Position numbers and translations under genes: made by a program. This document shows, one piece after another, positions 1 through 8,728 of a DNA stretch of 20,000 nucleotides; the stretch's first letter is position 1, and every line of letters starts with the position of its first letter. Where the stretch lies: the sequence record SRR20825010_6182; one strand, 5' to 3'. The notes below the pieces were generated by a model. The model was not told the DNA's origin and made no database searches. It saw nothing but the letters and a program-made list of their open reading frames with translations.

Positions 1-1
1 C

Positions 2-163
2 GCTAGAATCTATTTTAACCTGCAAAACTTTTTCATAATCACTGATTATCATGGTTATGATCCCGAAGTAAGTTCCTTTGGCGGTCAGTTTACCGAGGGT
101 ATTGAGTTAAATGGTTACCCGAAAGCATTAACCATGAATATGGGAATTAACATAACCTTATAA
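2..163 (+). CDS. SusC/RagA-family TonB-dependent receptor, C-terminal fragment (5' end outside window)
   Basis: Frame from base 2 reads ARIYFNLQNFFIITDYHGYDPEVSSFGGQFTEGIELNGYPKALTMNMGINITL*, with TAA at 161-163. The GYDPE...YP...GIN.L terminus is typical of SusC-like barrels, and a SusD-like gene starts 14 nt downstream. Confidence 0.92.
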   Translation, partial: ARIYFNLQNFFIITDYHGYDPEVSSFGGQFTEGIELNGYPKALTMNMGINITL

Positions 164-177
164 ATAATTTAAAAGTC

Positions 178-1650
178 ATGATAAAATATAAAATATTATT
201 AATTGTTTGTTGCCTATTTTTCTCTTGTGAAGATTTCTTGGACGAGGTCCCAAGATCTCAAAAAACAACTGTAGGAACATCATTAGTTGACGCTGAACAG
301 TCCGTCAATGGAATATATGCCTTTTTACGAGCACCCTATAATAAATCGGGATATGCAAAGATGGTATTCTCCATTTTAGAGGTTAGTACAGGGGCTATGA
401 AACCAGCTATTGGCACCCAAGATACTGATATGGAGGACGCCTATAAATTGATATATAGTTCAAGTAATTCCAGCGCATCATCATTCTGGAGTACATACTA
501 TTCTGGAATAGAGGCTGCAAATATTGCTATTGCTTCCATTCCGGCAATCACAGATACTGAATTGACGCCAGCAATTTCCAAGGCTTTATTGGGAGAAGCC
601 CATTTTTTAAGAGCATATTACTATTTTGAACTCGTTCAATTATTCGGAGATATCCCGCTAAATATTGTCCCTTCAACCTCATTGGAAGATGGAACCTTGC
701 CAAAATCAAGCGTACAGGAAGTTTACGAAACCGTAATACTTCCGGATTTACTATTTGCTGAAAGCGCTGGTTTGCCCAACACTTCTACTAGTGGGAGAGT
801 TACCAATGGTGCAGTGAAATCCTTGCTGGCCAAGGTATATTTAACCATGGCCGGAAACCCTCTAAATCAAACAGACAAATATGCACTTGCGCGGGACAAG
901 GCCTCTGAGGTAATTACCGCGGATTGGTATAATTTGTTCGAATCCGATGGTTCATTGACCTGGTTTGATAAATTAAACAATCCAGCTTTTGATAATACTG
1001 GTGAAAATATATTCATGGTGCAATATGAAGGAGGATCAATTGCATCTTCTATTTCTACATATTTCACCCCTTTGGGTGGCGAGGATATTACCAATCAGAG
1101 CTTACATTTTGGAGGTATGGAGCCAGAGGTTGATTATATCAATACTTATGATGGAGCAGATTTGAGAGGACAAAACCAAGGATTCTTTTTCAATGAGTTT
1201 GACGGAGTTACTTTTAATAATTCTGTATACAAATATTTTTATCAAGAATTTAGAAATTCAAATGGATTGTCCAGTAAAAATGTTCCATTGCTAAGATATG
1301 CGGACGTATTATTGACGTATGCGGAGGCCCAAAACGAGACGACTTCAGCTGATGCATCAGCTTATGATGCATTAAATTCAATCCGACTCAGAGCGGGTTT
1401 GGCTGAGGTCTCTGGTCTAAGTAAAGAAGCGTTTAGGGAAGAAGTTTGGAAACAACGTTTTTGGGAATTCCCAGCAGAAGCTGGGTTAATATGGTTTGAT
1501 CAAAGAAGGACGGGCAAGGTTTTTAATGGTGGCGGTTTTACGGATCTAGTGGGGAGCACTTTACCTAACGGCAGTACCTTAACCGCAGATAACCTGTATT
1601 TTCCAATACCTCAAAACGAAGTAGTTCTTAATCCAAATTTAGGGGATTAG
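178..1650 (+). CDS. RagB/SusD-family outer-membrane glycan-binding lipoprotein
   Basis: Lipoprotein signal (FFSC, Cys17) followed by EDFLD. SusD motifs GEAHFLRAYYYFELVQLFGDIP, LLAKVYL, LRYADVLLTYAEA, LNSIRLRAGL and C-terminal YFPIPQNEVVLNPNL. Confidence 0.96.
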   Translation: MIKYKILLIVCCLFFSCEDFLDEVPRSQKTTVGTSLVDAEQSVNGIYAFLRAPYNKSGYAKMVFSILEVSTGAMKPAIGTQDTDMEDAYKLIYSSSNSSASSFWSTYYSGIEAANIAIASIPAITDTELTPAISKALLGEAHFLRAYYYFELVQLFGDIPLNIVPSTSLEDGTLPKSSVQEVYETVILPDLLFAESAGLPNTSTSGRVTNGAVKSLLAKVYLTMAGNPLNQTDKYALARDKASEVITADWYNLFESDGSLTWFDKLNNPAFDNTGENIFMVQYEGGSIASSISTYFTPLGGEDITNQSLHFGGMEPEVDYINTYDGADLRGQNQGFFFNEFDGVTFNNSVYKYFYQEFRNSNGLSSKNVPLLRYADVLLTYAEAQNETTSADASAYDALNSIRLRAGLAEVSGLSKEAFREEVWKQRFWEFPAEAGLIWFDQRRTGKVFNGGGFTDLVGSTLPNGSTLTADNLYFPIPQNEVVLNPNLGD

Positions 1651-1680
1651 AGCCATTTTGTAGTTAACAGTTTTATTGTG

Positions 1681-1695
1681 AGTTAGTTGAGTTAG
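1681..1695 (+). repeat. AGTTAGTTGAGTTAG motif upstream of a hairpin (copy 1 of 2)
   Basis: 14/15 identical to 14054-14068, and in the same context: T-rich spacer, then a stem starting AAGGGTG. Confidence 0.6.
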
Positions 1696-1703
1696 TTTTA
1701 TAG

Positions 1704-1738
1704 AACAAGGGTGGTTATTACAACGGCCACCCTTGTTT
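1704..1738 (+). terminator. Stem-loop after susD (terminator, attenuator or mRNA-stabilising hairpin)
   Basis: AACAAGGGTGG (1704-1714) pairs perfectly with CCACCCTTGTT (1727-1737). The U-tract is weak. Confidence 0.7.
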
Positions 1739-1912
1739 GCTTAAATTACATAAAGGAATCACAGTGAATACCTTAGTGTTGTGGATATTTGAAAATAATC
1801 AAATAAGAAACTAAAGTTTAATATATTAAGAAGAAAGTCGAAAATTATTAAGGGTGTGAACGCATGTTTTTTGTGCGCTACCTGTTAGTCTAATTAAAAT
1901 CAATTATCGAAA

Positions 1913-4786
1913 ATGAAAAAATATTTGCAATTATTTGTGTTTTGTTTGGTAGCTGGTTATTCCTTTGTGCTCTCAGCCCAGGGTCAACAGACCGTGGCCA
2001 TAAAATATGTAAAGCCATATGAGTATGTGACATCAGATAATAACCTAATGGCCAAAGCATATCTATCCGGTGACAACACCAATTTCTATAGGACTATAGC
2101 TTTTGAAAGCGGACAGACCGTGAAAGTTGAACAAAAAGATGATAAGGCTTGGGTCTGGCTACCGGTAATAGGGGAGCCCGAAATGATAGAAATCACGGCC
2201 AGTAATAGGAAAATGAACCAGGAGCAACTCTTTACCCCATTAGTAACCTCGGACTGGGGATATTTCAGCGAGGGTACATTCCATATAATTTCATCTTCCC
2301 ATCAAGATATAGCCTGGATGGATACCCCGGAATATTGTATGCACGAAAGGGTTAACGAGATTATTGCCCCCGCGTTGGATATAATGAAATCTGACAAGGA
2401 TTACTATTTCGGAATGGAACAGGCCTTAAATTTAAAGGAATTCGTGGAAGCACATCCAGAGAGAAAGGATGAGGTTATAGAACGTTACAAGGAAGGCAGG
2501 TTTACCTGGGGAGCAACATACAACCAGCCATATGAAGGTATGCAGATGGGCGAGCAATTGATTAGGGAAATGTATTTTGGCAAGCTCTGGATCAAAGAGA
2601 ATTTTGATGGGGTTTTGGAAGAGACTGCTTTTAATACTGATGTACCTGGGAGAACATTGCAATTTCCCCAAATTTTGGCAAAATCAGGTGTAGAAAACCT
2701 TTTTGTGTCCAGAATGAGGGAAGGTTTTTATGATTGGCATTCACCGGATGGTTCTTCAGTACTTACCTACACCCCAGGTAATTATGGTTGGGCCGCCATG
2801 TTTTATAAGCTATTTGAGGAAGATGCTATCGAGGCCCTGCACAAAATCCAAAATAGGGTTAAAATGTGGAGCGATTATTATAAGAAACACAATTTGCCCC
2901 CGCATTTTGCAATAGTATTAAGCAACGACGCTTCTGGTCCCGTGGATTATGGACATGTAGTGAAGGAATGGAATGAAATTGTGGCCAAGACAGGGGCCAA
3001 TATACCTAGTTTAAGACATTCTACGGTAACCAGCTTCCTTTCAGAAATTAAACAACCGGGAGCCAAGTTTGAGGACCTACAGGGAGATCGCCCTAATATT
3101 TGGGCATATATACACGGCCCAGGGCATCACAAGGCTATAACAGCTTCTAGAAAGGCGGGTAGGATTCTACCTTCAGCGGAAATTTTTGGCACTGTGGATG
3201 CGTTGCTAAACAAAAGTTTTGATCAATATCCAACATCACGATTATCAAAAGCGTTCGAAGAATCAATATATCCAGACCATGGATGGGGAGGAAAAAACGG
3301 TCACATTACCGATAGCATTTTTAAGGATAAATTGGAGTTTGCGGCCGATGAGGCCGATAAACTGTTACAAGCATCTCTAAATTCCATTTCTGAAAAAATC
3401 AAAACAGAAAAATCCAATGGGATCGTGGTGTACAACGATCTTTCTTGGAAGCGAAGTGGATTGGCTTCAGCAAAAATAGACAATGCAAATGCATATTATG
3501 TTATAGATGATAGGGGTAATGTGGTCCCTTCGCAAACAAGTACTGGGAATAGTAACGAAATACAATTCTACGCCTCGGATATTCCTTCACTTGGATATAA
3601 AACCTTTTATTTAAGAAAGGGTAAAAAAAGTTCTAAGGTAAATAAAGCGGTTGCACCTAATTCTTTGACGAACGACTATTATACCATGCACCTTGGCAAT
3701 GGGGGAATTAGTTATTTGTTTGATCATAATTTGGGAGCTGAAATCATGAATACCACACGTTTTTCGGGCGGTGATATTTTATCAATGGGGTATAATGGAA
3801 ATGGTGCTGGGGAATTTACCCAGATGACCGAACCCAATATGGAAGATTATGACAAGATGAGCAACCATAATGGCAATTGGGAAATAGTGGCAGATGGTGC
3901 AGTGTACACTGAATATGAAAATAAGGCAAAATTTAAGCACATATCTACGGTAGCCCAGAGAATTCGGGTATTCCATCAGGAGAAAAAAATAGATTTCTTC
4001 ATAGATTTTCATAACTGGGACGGTACACATAACAGGGAGTTTAGGTTTGCAGTGCCCCTTAATATGGAGAATTCCAAGATTAAATATGAGGTGCCTTTAG
4101 CTATAGCTGAAGTAGGGAAAACCGAGATGAAGAATGCCCCGGGAGGTTGGGCATGGGGCGGAACCTATGATCAAAAGCCCGTAACCATACATCCACGTGA
4201 AGTGATGAACTTTATCGCGGCCGAGAATGAAGATTTTGCCGTAACCGTGGCTACCGATGTAGCTTTGGCCGATTGGATAGACCCTACAAGAGAAGCAGTA
4301 GATTATACCGTTCTACAAGGGATTTTGATGGCTTCACATAAAAGTTGTCATGGTGAGGGCAACTGGTATCATCAGACTGGAGACCATCATTTTAAGTTTT
4401 CTTTGGCATCTCACAAGAAAGATGAAAGTACCTCTTTCCAGTTTGGAACAGCTTCTAACCACCCCTTAAGAACGGTATTGAAGCCTAAATCCAACACCAA
4501 AGGAGATCTGGCTCAAGAAATGAGTTTTTTCAATGTTTCGGACCCAATGGTTCGTATCAGCACTATTAAAAAGAGTGAGAAAAATAATGATGTAATCATG
4601 AGGTTGGTAGAAATGGAAGGGAAAGATAAGGAACCTACAATAAAGTTGGCACTACCTTTCAAGGAGCTGATCAAAACCAATTTAATAGAAGAGGAACAAA
4701 GTAAATTGCCTTTATCAGGTAAAGATTTTAAGGTAAATGTAGGTCATAATGCCATAGATACATACAAACTAATTTTTTCCAAATAA
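1913..4786 (+). CDS. Glycoside hydrolase family 38-like (alpha-mannosidase-like) protein, secreted, paralog A
   Basis: Sec signal peptide. SHQDIAW matches the GH38 HxD..W Zn motif, and GEQLIREMYFG, NTDVPG (nucleophile region) and WHSPDGSSV are present. The C-terminal ISTIKKSE..DVIMRLVE..G..TNLIEE region is typical of GH38 C domains. Confidence 0.85.
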   Translation: MKKYLQLFVFCLVAGYSFVLSAQGQQTVAIKYVKPYEYVTSDNNLMAKAYLSGDNTNFYRTIAFESGQTVKVEQKDDKAWVWLPVIGEPEMIEITASNRKMNQEQLFTPLVTSDWGYFSEGTFHIISSSHQDIAWMDTPEYCMHERVNEIIAPALDIMKSDKDYYFGMEQALNLKEFVEAHPERKDEVIERYKEGRFTWGATYNQPYEGMQMGEQLIREMYFGKLWIKENFDGVLEETAFNTDVPGRTLQFPQILAKSGVENLFVSRMREGFYDWHSPDGSSVLTYTPGNYGWAAMFYKLFEEDAIEALHKIQNRVKMWSDYYKKHNLPPHFAIVLSNDASGPVDYGHVVKEWNEIVAKTGANIPSLRHSTVTSFLSEIKQPGAKFEDLQGDRPNIWAYIHGPGHHKAITASRKAGRILPSAEIFGTVDALLNKSFDQYPTSRLSKAFEESIYPDHGWGGKNGHITDSIFKDKLEFAADEADKLLQASLNSISEKIKTEKSNGIVVYNDLSWKRSGLASAKIDNANAYYVIDDRGNVVPSQTSTGNSNEIQFYASDIPSLGYKTFYLRKGKKSSKVNKAVAPNSLTNDYYTMHLGNGGISYLFDHNLGAEIMNTTRFSGGDILSMGYNGNGAGEFTQMTEPNMEDYDKMSNHNGNWEIVADGAVYTEYENKAKFKHISTVAQRIRVFHQEKKIDFFIDFHNWDGTHNREFRFAVPLNMENSKIKYEVPLAIAEVGKTEMKNAPGGWAWGGTYDQKPVTIHPREVMNFIAAENEDFAVTVATDVALADWIDPTREAVDYTVLQGILMASHKSCHGEGNWYHQTGDHHFKFSLASHKKDESTSFQFGTASNHPLRTVLKPKSNTKGDLAQEMSFFNVSDPMVRISTIKKSEKNNDVIMRLVEMEGKDKEPTIKLALPFKELIKTNLIEEEQSKLPLSGKDFKVNVGHNAIDTYKLIFSK

Positions 4787-4794
4787 TAATCATT

Positions 4795-5190
4795 ATGGGG
4801 CTTATTGAAAAGATTTCAAATGAAAAAGCAGGATTCCATCCTGTTGTGGTAAAGGATTGTTGGCAGGTGATCAAGGTGAATTATTCCCAGCAAAATGAAT
4901 TGGATAAAATAGATTCCCTTATCCGTAATGGAAATAATGCTCTGGCCCTGTGCTTATTAAAAGGTAGGGCGGTATTGCTCATTCAGAATTCGGAAAAAAA
5001 CGCAGTGTCATTAAAAGCTATAACCATGGTTAGGGGATCATCCTATGTTATCCCCGAAAATGTTGGCTATAATATAGCAATGGAAAAGGGTTGTCAACTA
5101 TTTGCTGTGGAAAGTCCCTATAACCGTACTGAAAATGTGCGAAAAATACCTTTGACCAATGCGGAATTGGAGGTTATAAAAAAAATGTAA
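4795..5190 (+). CDS. Hypothetical cupin-like protein; degenerate paralog of 7472..7891
   Basis: Aligns with 7472..7891 (GFHPVVVKDCWQV..NY vs GYHPFIIKDGWQL..NY; YVIPENVGYNIAME vs YNIPKGVWHNIAME). Starts 8 nt after the GH38 stop. Confidence 0.75.
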   Translation: MGLIEKISNEKAGFHPVVVKDCWQVIKVNYSQQNELDKIDSLIRNGNNALALCLLKGRAVLLIQNSEKNAVSLKAITMVRGSSYVIPENVGYNIAMEKGCQLFAVESPYNRTENVRKIPLTNAELEVIKKM

Positions 5191-5212
5191 ATAAAGAACT
5201 TAAAAATTAAGA

Positions 5213-5917
5213 ATGGAAACAATTGCACCCTTGTGGAAAAATGATGACGAGCTATTTAAAATAGCCAAAGAAGAACTATTCGTTGCCCTAGTAGGAGATA
5301 TTTTGGATACCTTAGGTTACCAGCATCAATTTTTGCCGCCCAATATTAAACCACTAAACCCTGATTTTGTGCTAATTGGGAGGGCAATGCCCGTATTGGA
5401 AGCAGATGTATTTGAGGAATCAGCGCAAAATACTAACAATCCGTTGATGAAAAAGCCCTTTGGAATCATGTTCGAAGCCTTGGACGACCTTAAAAAAAAT
5501 GAGGTGTATATCTGTACGGGTTCATCACCAAGGTATGCCCTTTGGGGAGGCTTAATGAGTACCAGGGCAATGAAACTTATGGCTGCTGGAGCAGTAATGG
5601 ATGGCTACTCTAGGGATACCAACGAAGTACTTAATTTAAATTTTCCTACATTTTCTTTTGGTGGTTATGCTCAAGATCAGGGACCGCGAGGCAAGGTGAT
5701 AGATTACCGTGTGCCCATTGAAATTAAGGGGACAAGGATAAATCCAGGGGACATAATTTATGGTGACAGGGATGGGGTGTTGATTGTGCCAAAAGAAGTG
5801 GAAACCAAAGCATTTATGGGCGCTATTGAAAAAGCCAGAGGTGAGCAATTGGTTAAAAAGGCCTTGGAAAACGGAATGAGCACCGTTGATGCTTTTAATA
5901 AATTTGGAATTATGTAG
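5213..5917 (+). CDS. RraA/HMG-aldolase-family protein (putative class II pyruvate aldolase)
   Basis: Motifs VGDILD, IGRA, ALWGGLM, DGYSRD and INPGDIIYGDRDGVLIVP. Confidence 0.88.
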   Translation: METIAPLWKNDDELFKIAKEELFVALVGDILDTLGYQHQFLPPNIKPLNPDFVLIGRAMPVLEADVFEESAQNTNNPLMKKPFGIMFEALDDLKKNEVYICTGSSPRYALWGGLMSTRAMKLMAAGAVMDGYSRDTNEVLNLNFPTFSFGGYAQDQGPRGKVIDYRVPIEIKGTRINPGDIIYGDRDGVLIVPKEVETKAFMGAIEKARGEQLVKKALENGMSTVDAFNKFGIM

Positions 5918-5956
5918 CCGTGCCAAGATAGGGATGCATTAATAGAAAAATAATTT

Positions 5957-7414
5957 ATGAAAACTAAAAAATCCAACTATTTGTTGGGAATAAGCTTCGT
6001 CTCAACCATTGGAGGTTTTCTCTTTGGTTACGATACCGCAATTATATCGGGATGCAATACTTTTTTGGAACAGCATTTTAATTTGTCCGCTGCCGAGCTT
6101 GGTTGGTTGGTGTCGTCGGCATTGTTGGGAACCATTTTAGGTTGTGTAGTTGCAGGGTCAATAACAGACAGATTAGGACGAAAAAAAGCTTTGATCATAG
6201 CGGCAATTTGCTTGACTATTTCGGCATTTGGCTCTATGTTGCCCCCACAGTTCATGGGTGATCTGGATCAAGCTTATTGGCTTACTGCCAACGAAAAACA
6301 AGCATATACATTTTTAATATTGGTCCGTATTGTTGGTGGGATAGGTGTGGGTGTCACCTCAGTAGTGGCTCCTATTTACATATCGGAACTTTCCTTGCCC
6401 CAAAACAGGGGTAGAATGGTGTCCTTATATCAATTATCCATAACCTTGGGCATTCTTTTGGCTTTTTTAGTAGACTGGTTGGTCTTGACCAATGCAGGAA
6501 ATGCCGCAGGAGTAATTTCCAATGAACCTTCTGGGTTTTGGCAGTGGCTTTTTGTGGATGAAATTTGGAGAGGCATGTTTGGAACGGAAATACCTATTGC
6601 CTTGTTGTTCTTGATTTTATTATTCCTAGTGCCAGAAACACCAAGATGGCTTATTTCAAAACAGCGATATAACGAGGCCGAAAAAATTATGGTAAAAATC
6701 AATGGAAAAGAGTACGCCCAAAAGCAAATGGCTGAAATAAAAGAGGTGGTTAAATTAGAAAGCGGGGGAATAAGTGAATTATTAAAGCCTTTTTTAAGAG
6801 TTCCGTTGTTAATAGGTGTATTACTTCCCATGTTTTCCCATTTGAGCGGGATAGCAGCCATTATGTATTTTGCTCCGAATATTATTAACGAATCCATACA
6901 GAGTGTGGAGAGCTCCTTTTTGGGGGCTGTATTGGTAGGTGTGGTCAATAGTGCGTTTACATTCGTCGCGATTATGAATATTGAAAAATTTGGACGAAGA
7001 AAGCTGTTACTTGTTGGAGTTGTTGGGGCGTGTATTTCCCTAACGGGCGTGGGGATTTTGTTTGCATTAGGATCCCAATACGTAATTATTCCTTTATTGA
7101 TGTATGTGGCTAGTTTCGCGTTTTCGTTCGGACCCATCGTTTGGGTGATTATCAGTGAAATTTTCCCTACACGCATACGTGGGTTGGCAGTTTCCATAGG
7201 TAGCTTCGCTTTAATGGTTACCGGGTTTTTTATCACCTTGACCAATCCTATATTAATAGAAGAAATTATGCCTTCGGGTACCTTCTTTGTTTATGCGGCT
7301 TTAACCTTACCGGCTATTTGGTTTATTTGGAAATATGTACCCGAAACAAAAGGAAAGACCTTAGAGGAAATTGAAATGTATTGGCGACAGGACAAGAGCA
7401 ATAATAGAATATAA
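5957..7414 (+). CDS. Sugar porter family MFS transporter (XylE/AraE-like H+ symporter)
   Basis: Motifs GGFLFGYDTAIISG, DRLGRKK, PIYISE...RGRMVSLYQ, PETPRWL, EKFGRRKLL, SEIFPTRIRG and PETKGKTLEEIE, with multiple hydrophobic segments. Confidence 0.96.
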   Translation: MKTKKSNYLLGISFVSTIGGFLFGYDTAIISGCNTFLEQHFNLSAAELGWLVSSALLGTILGCVVAGSITDRLGRKKALIIAAICLTISAFGSMLPPQFMGDLDQAYWLTANEKQAYTFLILVRIVGGIGVGVTSVVAPIYISELSLPQNRGRMVSLYQLSITLGILLAFLVDWLVLTNAGNAAGVISNEPSGFWQWLFVDEIWRGMFGTEIPIALLFLILLFLVPETPRWLISKQRYNEAEKIMVKINGKEYAQKQMAEIKEVVKLESGGISELLKPFLRVPLLIGVLLPMFSHLSGIAAIMYFAPNIINESIQSVESSFLGAVLVGVVNSAFTFVAIMNIEKFGRRKLLLVGVVGACISLTGVGILFALGSQYVIIPLLMYVASFAFSFGPIVWVIISEIFPTRIRGLAVSIGSFALMVTGFFITLTNPILIEEIMPSGTFFVYAALTLPAIWFIWKYVPETKGKTLEEIEMYWRQDKSNNRI

Positions 7415-7471
7415 ATTAAAGACCTACGATTTTCTAAAAGAGGTCGTGTTGGGTTGTAGGTATTATAACAC

Positions 7472-7891
7472 ATGATTAAAGAATACAAGACAAAAGAAAA
7501 AGGATATCATCCATTTATTATAAAGGATGGGTGGCAATTGGCAAAATTGAATTATACGGAAGAGCAGCATATAGACAAGATCATCCAATTGGATGTACAC
7601 TTGGAAACAGATGAAGTTTTTGTTGCCATTGCTGGGAAGGCGGTGCTAATAGCTGCCGAAATAGTCGATAAAGTACCGAAGTTTGAATTGGAACCAATGA
7701 AAATTAACCAAATCTATAATATCCCGAAAGGAGTCTGGCACAACATAGCCATGGAGGAAGGAAGCGAAGTCTTAATCGCAGAAAAATCAAATACCCATAT
7801 TTCAGATTTTGAACATTTTGCCCTTAATGATCTTCAGAAAAAGGAATTGGGAATTATGGTCAAGGGGGAATTGGAATCGCTAAAAATCTAA
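7472..7891 (+). CDS. Cupin-fold protein with intact putative metal site (ureidoglycolate-lyase-like motif pattern)
   Basis: DVHLETDEVF (H43, D47/E48) and YNIPKGVWHN (H90) match the two cupin motifs. Confidence 0.75.
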   Translation: MIKEYKTKEKGYHPFIIKDGWQLAKLNYTEEQHIDKIIQLDVHLETDEVFVAIAGKAVLIAAEIVDKVPKFELEPMKINQIYNIPKGVWHNIAMEEGSEVLIAEKSNTHISDFEHFALNDLQKKELGIMVKGELESLKI

Positions 7892-7912
7892 TTGATTAGA
7901 TAAGAATAAAAG

Positions 7913-8713
7913 ATGAAAGAAATAGATCTAAAAGGGAAAAAGGTTTTGGTAACTGGAGGAAGCAATGGGATCGGAGCAGAAATTTGTAAGCAATTTGCTA
8001 GCTGTGGTGCGGATGTTTTTATCAATTATTATAAGAACAAGGAAAATGCAGAAATTCTAGCCAGTGAAATACGTGAAGCCCATGGGGTAAAAGTAAGCTG
8101 TTATGGGGCGGATGTTTCCAATGGTGCTGAGGTAGAAAAATTATTCCAACAAATGGACGTGGACATGGGCTCTATTGATGTTTTGGTTAATAATGCAGGT
8201 TGTGAGACCGTAGAACATGTTTTAGATATGGAAGAAAGCGAATGGGATAGGGTCCTTAACGTTAATTTGAAAGGCCCTTTCCTCTGTTCACAACAAGCTG
8301 CCAGGAGAATGGAAAACATGGGTGGTGGGGTAATTATCAACATCTCTTCCATTCATGATACCGTACCAAGAAAAGGGTTAATACATTACTGTTCTGCCAA
8401 AGCTGGACTTAAAATGTTTTCTAAATGTCTGTCTTTGGAACTAGCGGACAAAGGGGTTAGGGTAGTCTCCGTTGCACCGGGTGCAATTGAAACCAATATG
8501 AACAGGGAGGAGATAAAGAAATTTGGTAAGGACAAGTTTGAACAGTGGATTCCGCAGGGGCGTATAGGAGAGGTATCGGACGTAGCAAATACCGTTGTTT
8601 TTATGGCCAGCGATTTGGCTAATTATATCAATGGAGCGGATATTTATATTGACGGGGCATATATGAACCATACTATACAATATGATCCCAGACCTAAAAG
8701 AGAAAACAAGTAA
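7913..8713 (+). CDS. SDR-family oxidoreductase, glucose-1-dehydrogenase-like
   Basis: TGGSNGIG Rossmann motif, VNNAG, NISSIH, catalytic YCSAK, VAPGAIET and IPQGRIG. Confidence 0.92.
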   Translation: MKEIDLKGKKVLVTGGSNGIGAEICKQFASCGADVFINYYKNKENAEILASEIREAHGVKVSCYGADVSNGAEVEKLFQQMDVDMGSIDVLVNNAGCETVEHVLDMEESEWDRVLNVNLKGPFLCSQQAARRMENMGGGVIINISSIHDTVPRKGLIHYCSAKAGLKMFSKCLSLELADKGVRVVSVAPGAIETNMNREEIKKFGKDKFEQWIPQGRIGEVSDVANTVVFMASDLANYINGADIYIDGAYMNHTIQYDPRPKRENK

Positions 8714-8728
8714 CCCAATAATTATATC

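Noticed and set aside
1770-1800. Candidate Bacteroidota promoter (GATATTTG) before GH38 A
   Set aside because: Mismatches the TAnnTTTG -7 consensus at the first T, and no well-spaced -33 element is evident.
6430-7245. 271-aa antisense ORF
   Set aside because: Lies fully opposite the MFS gene. Its K/N/P/I/T-rich composition is the usual shadow of a hydrophobic membrane-protein gene, and it has no recognisable motifs.
7421-7461. Imperfect inverted repeat between the MFS and cupin genes (ACCTACGA...TTGTAGGT)
   Set aside because: Short stem, long loop and no U-tract; could be chance.
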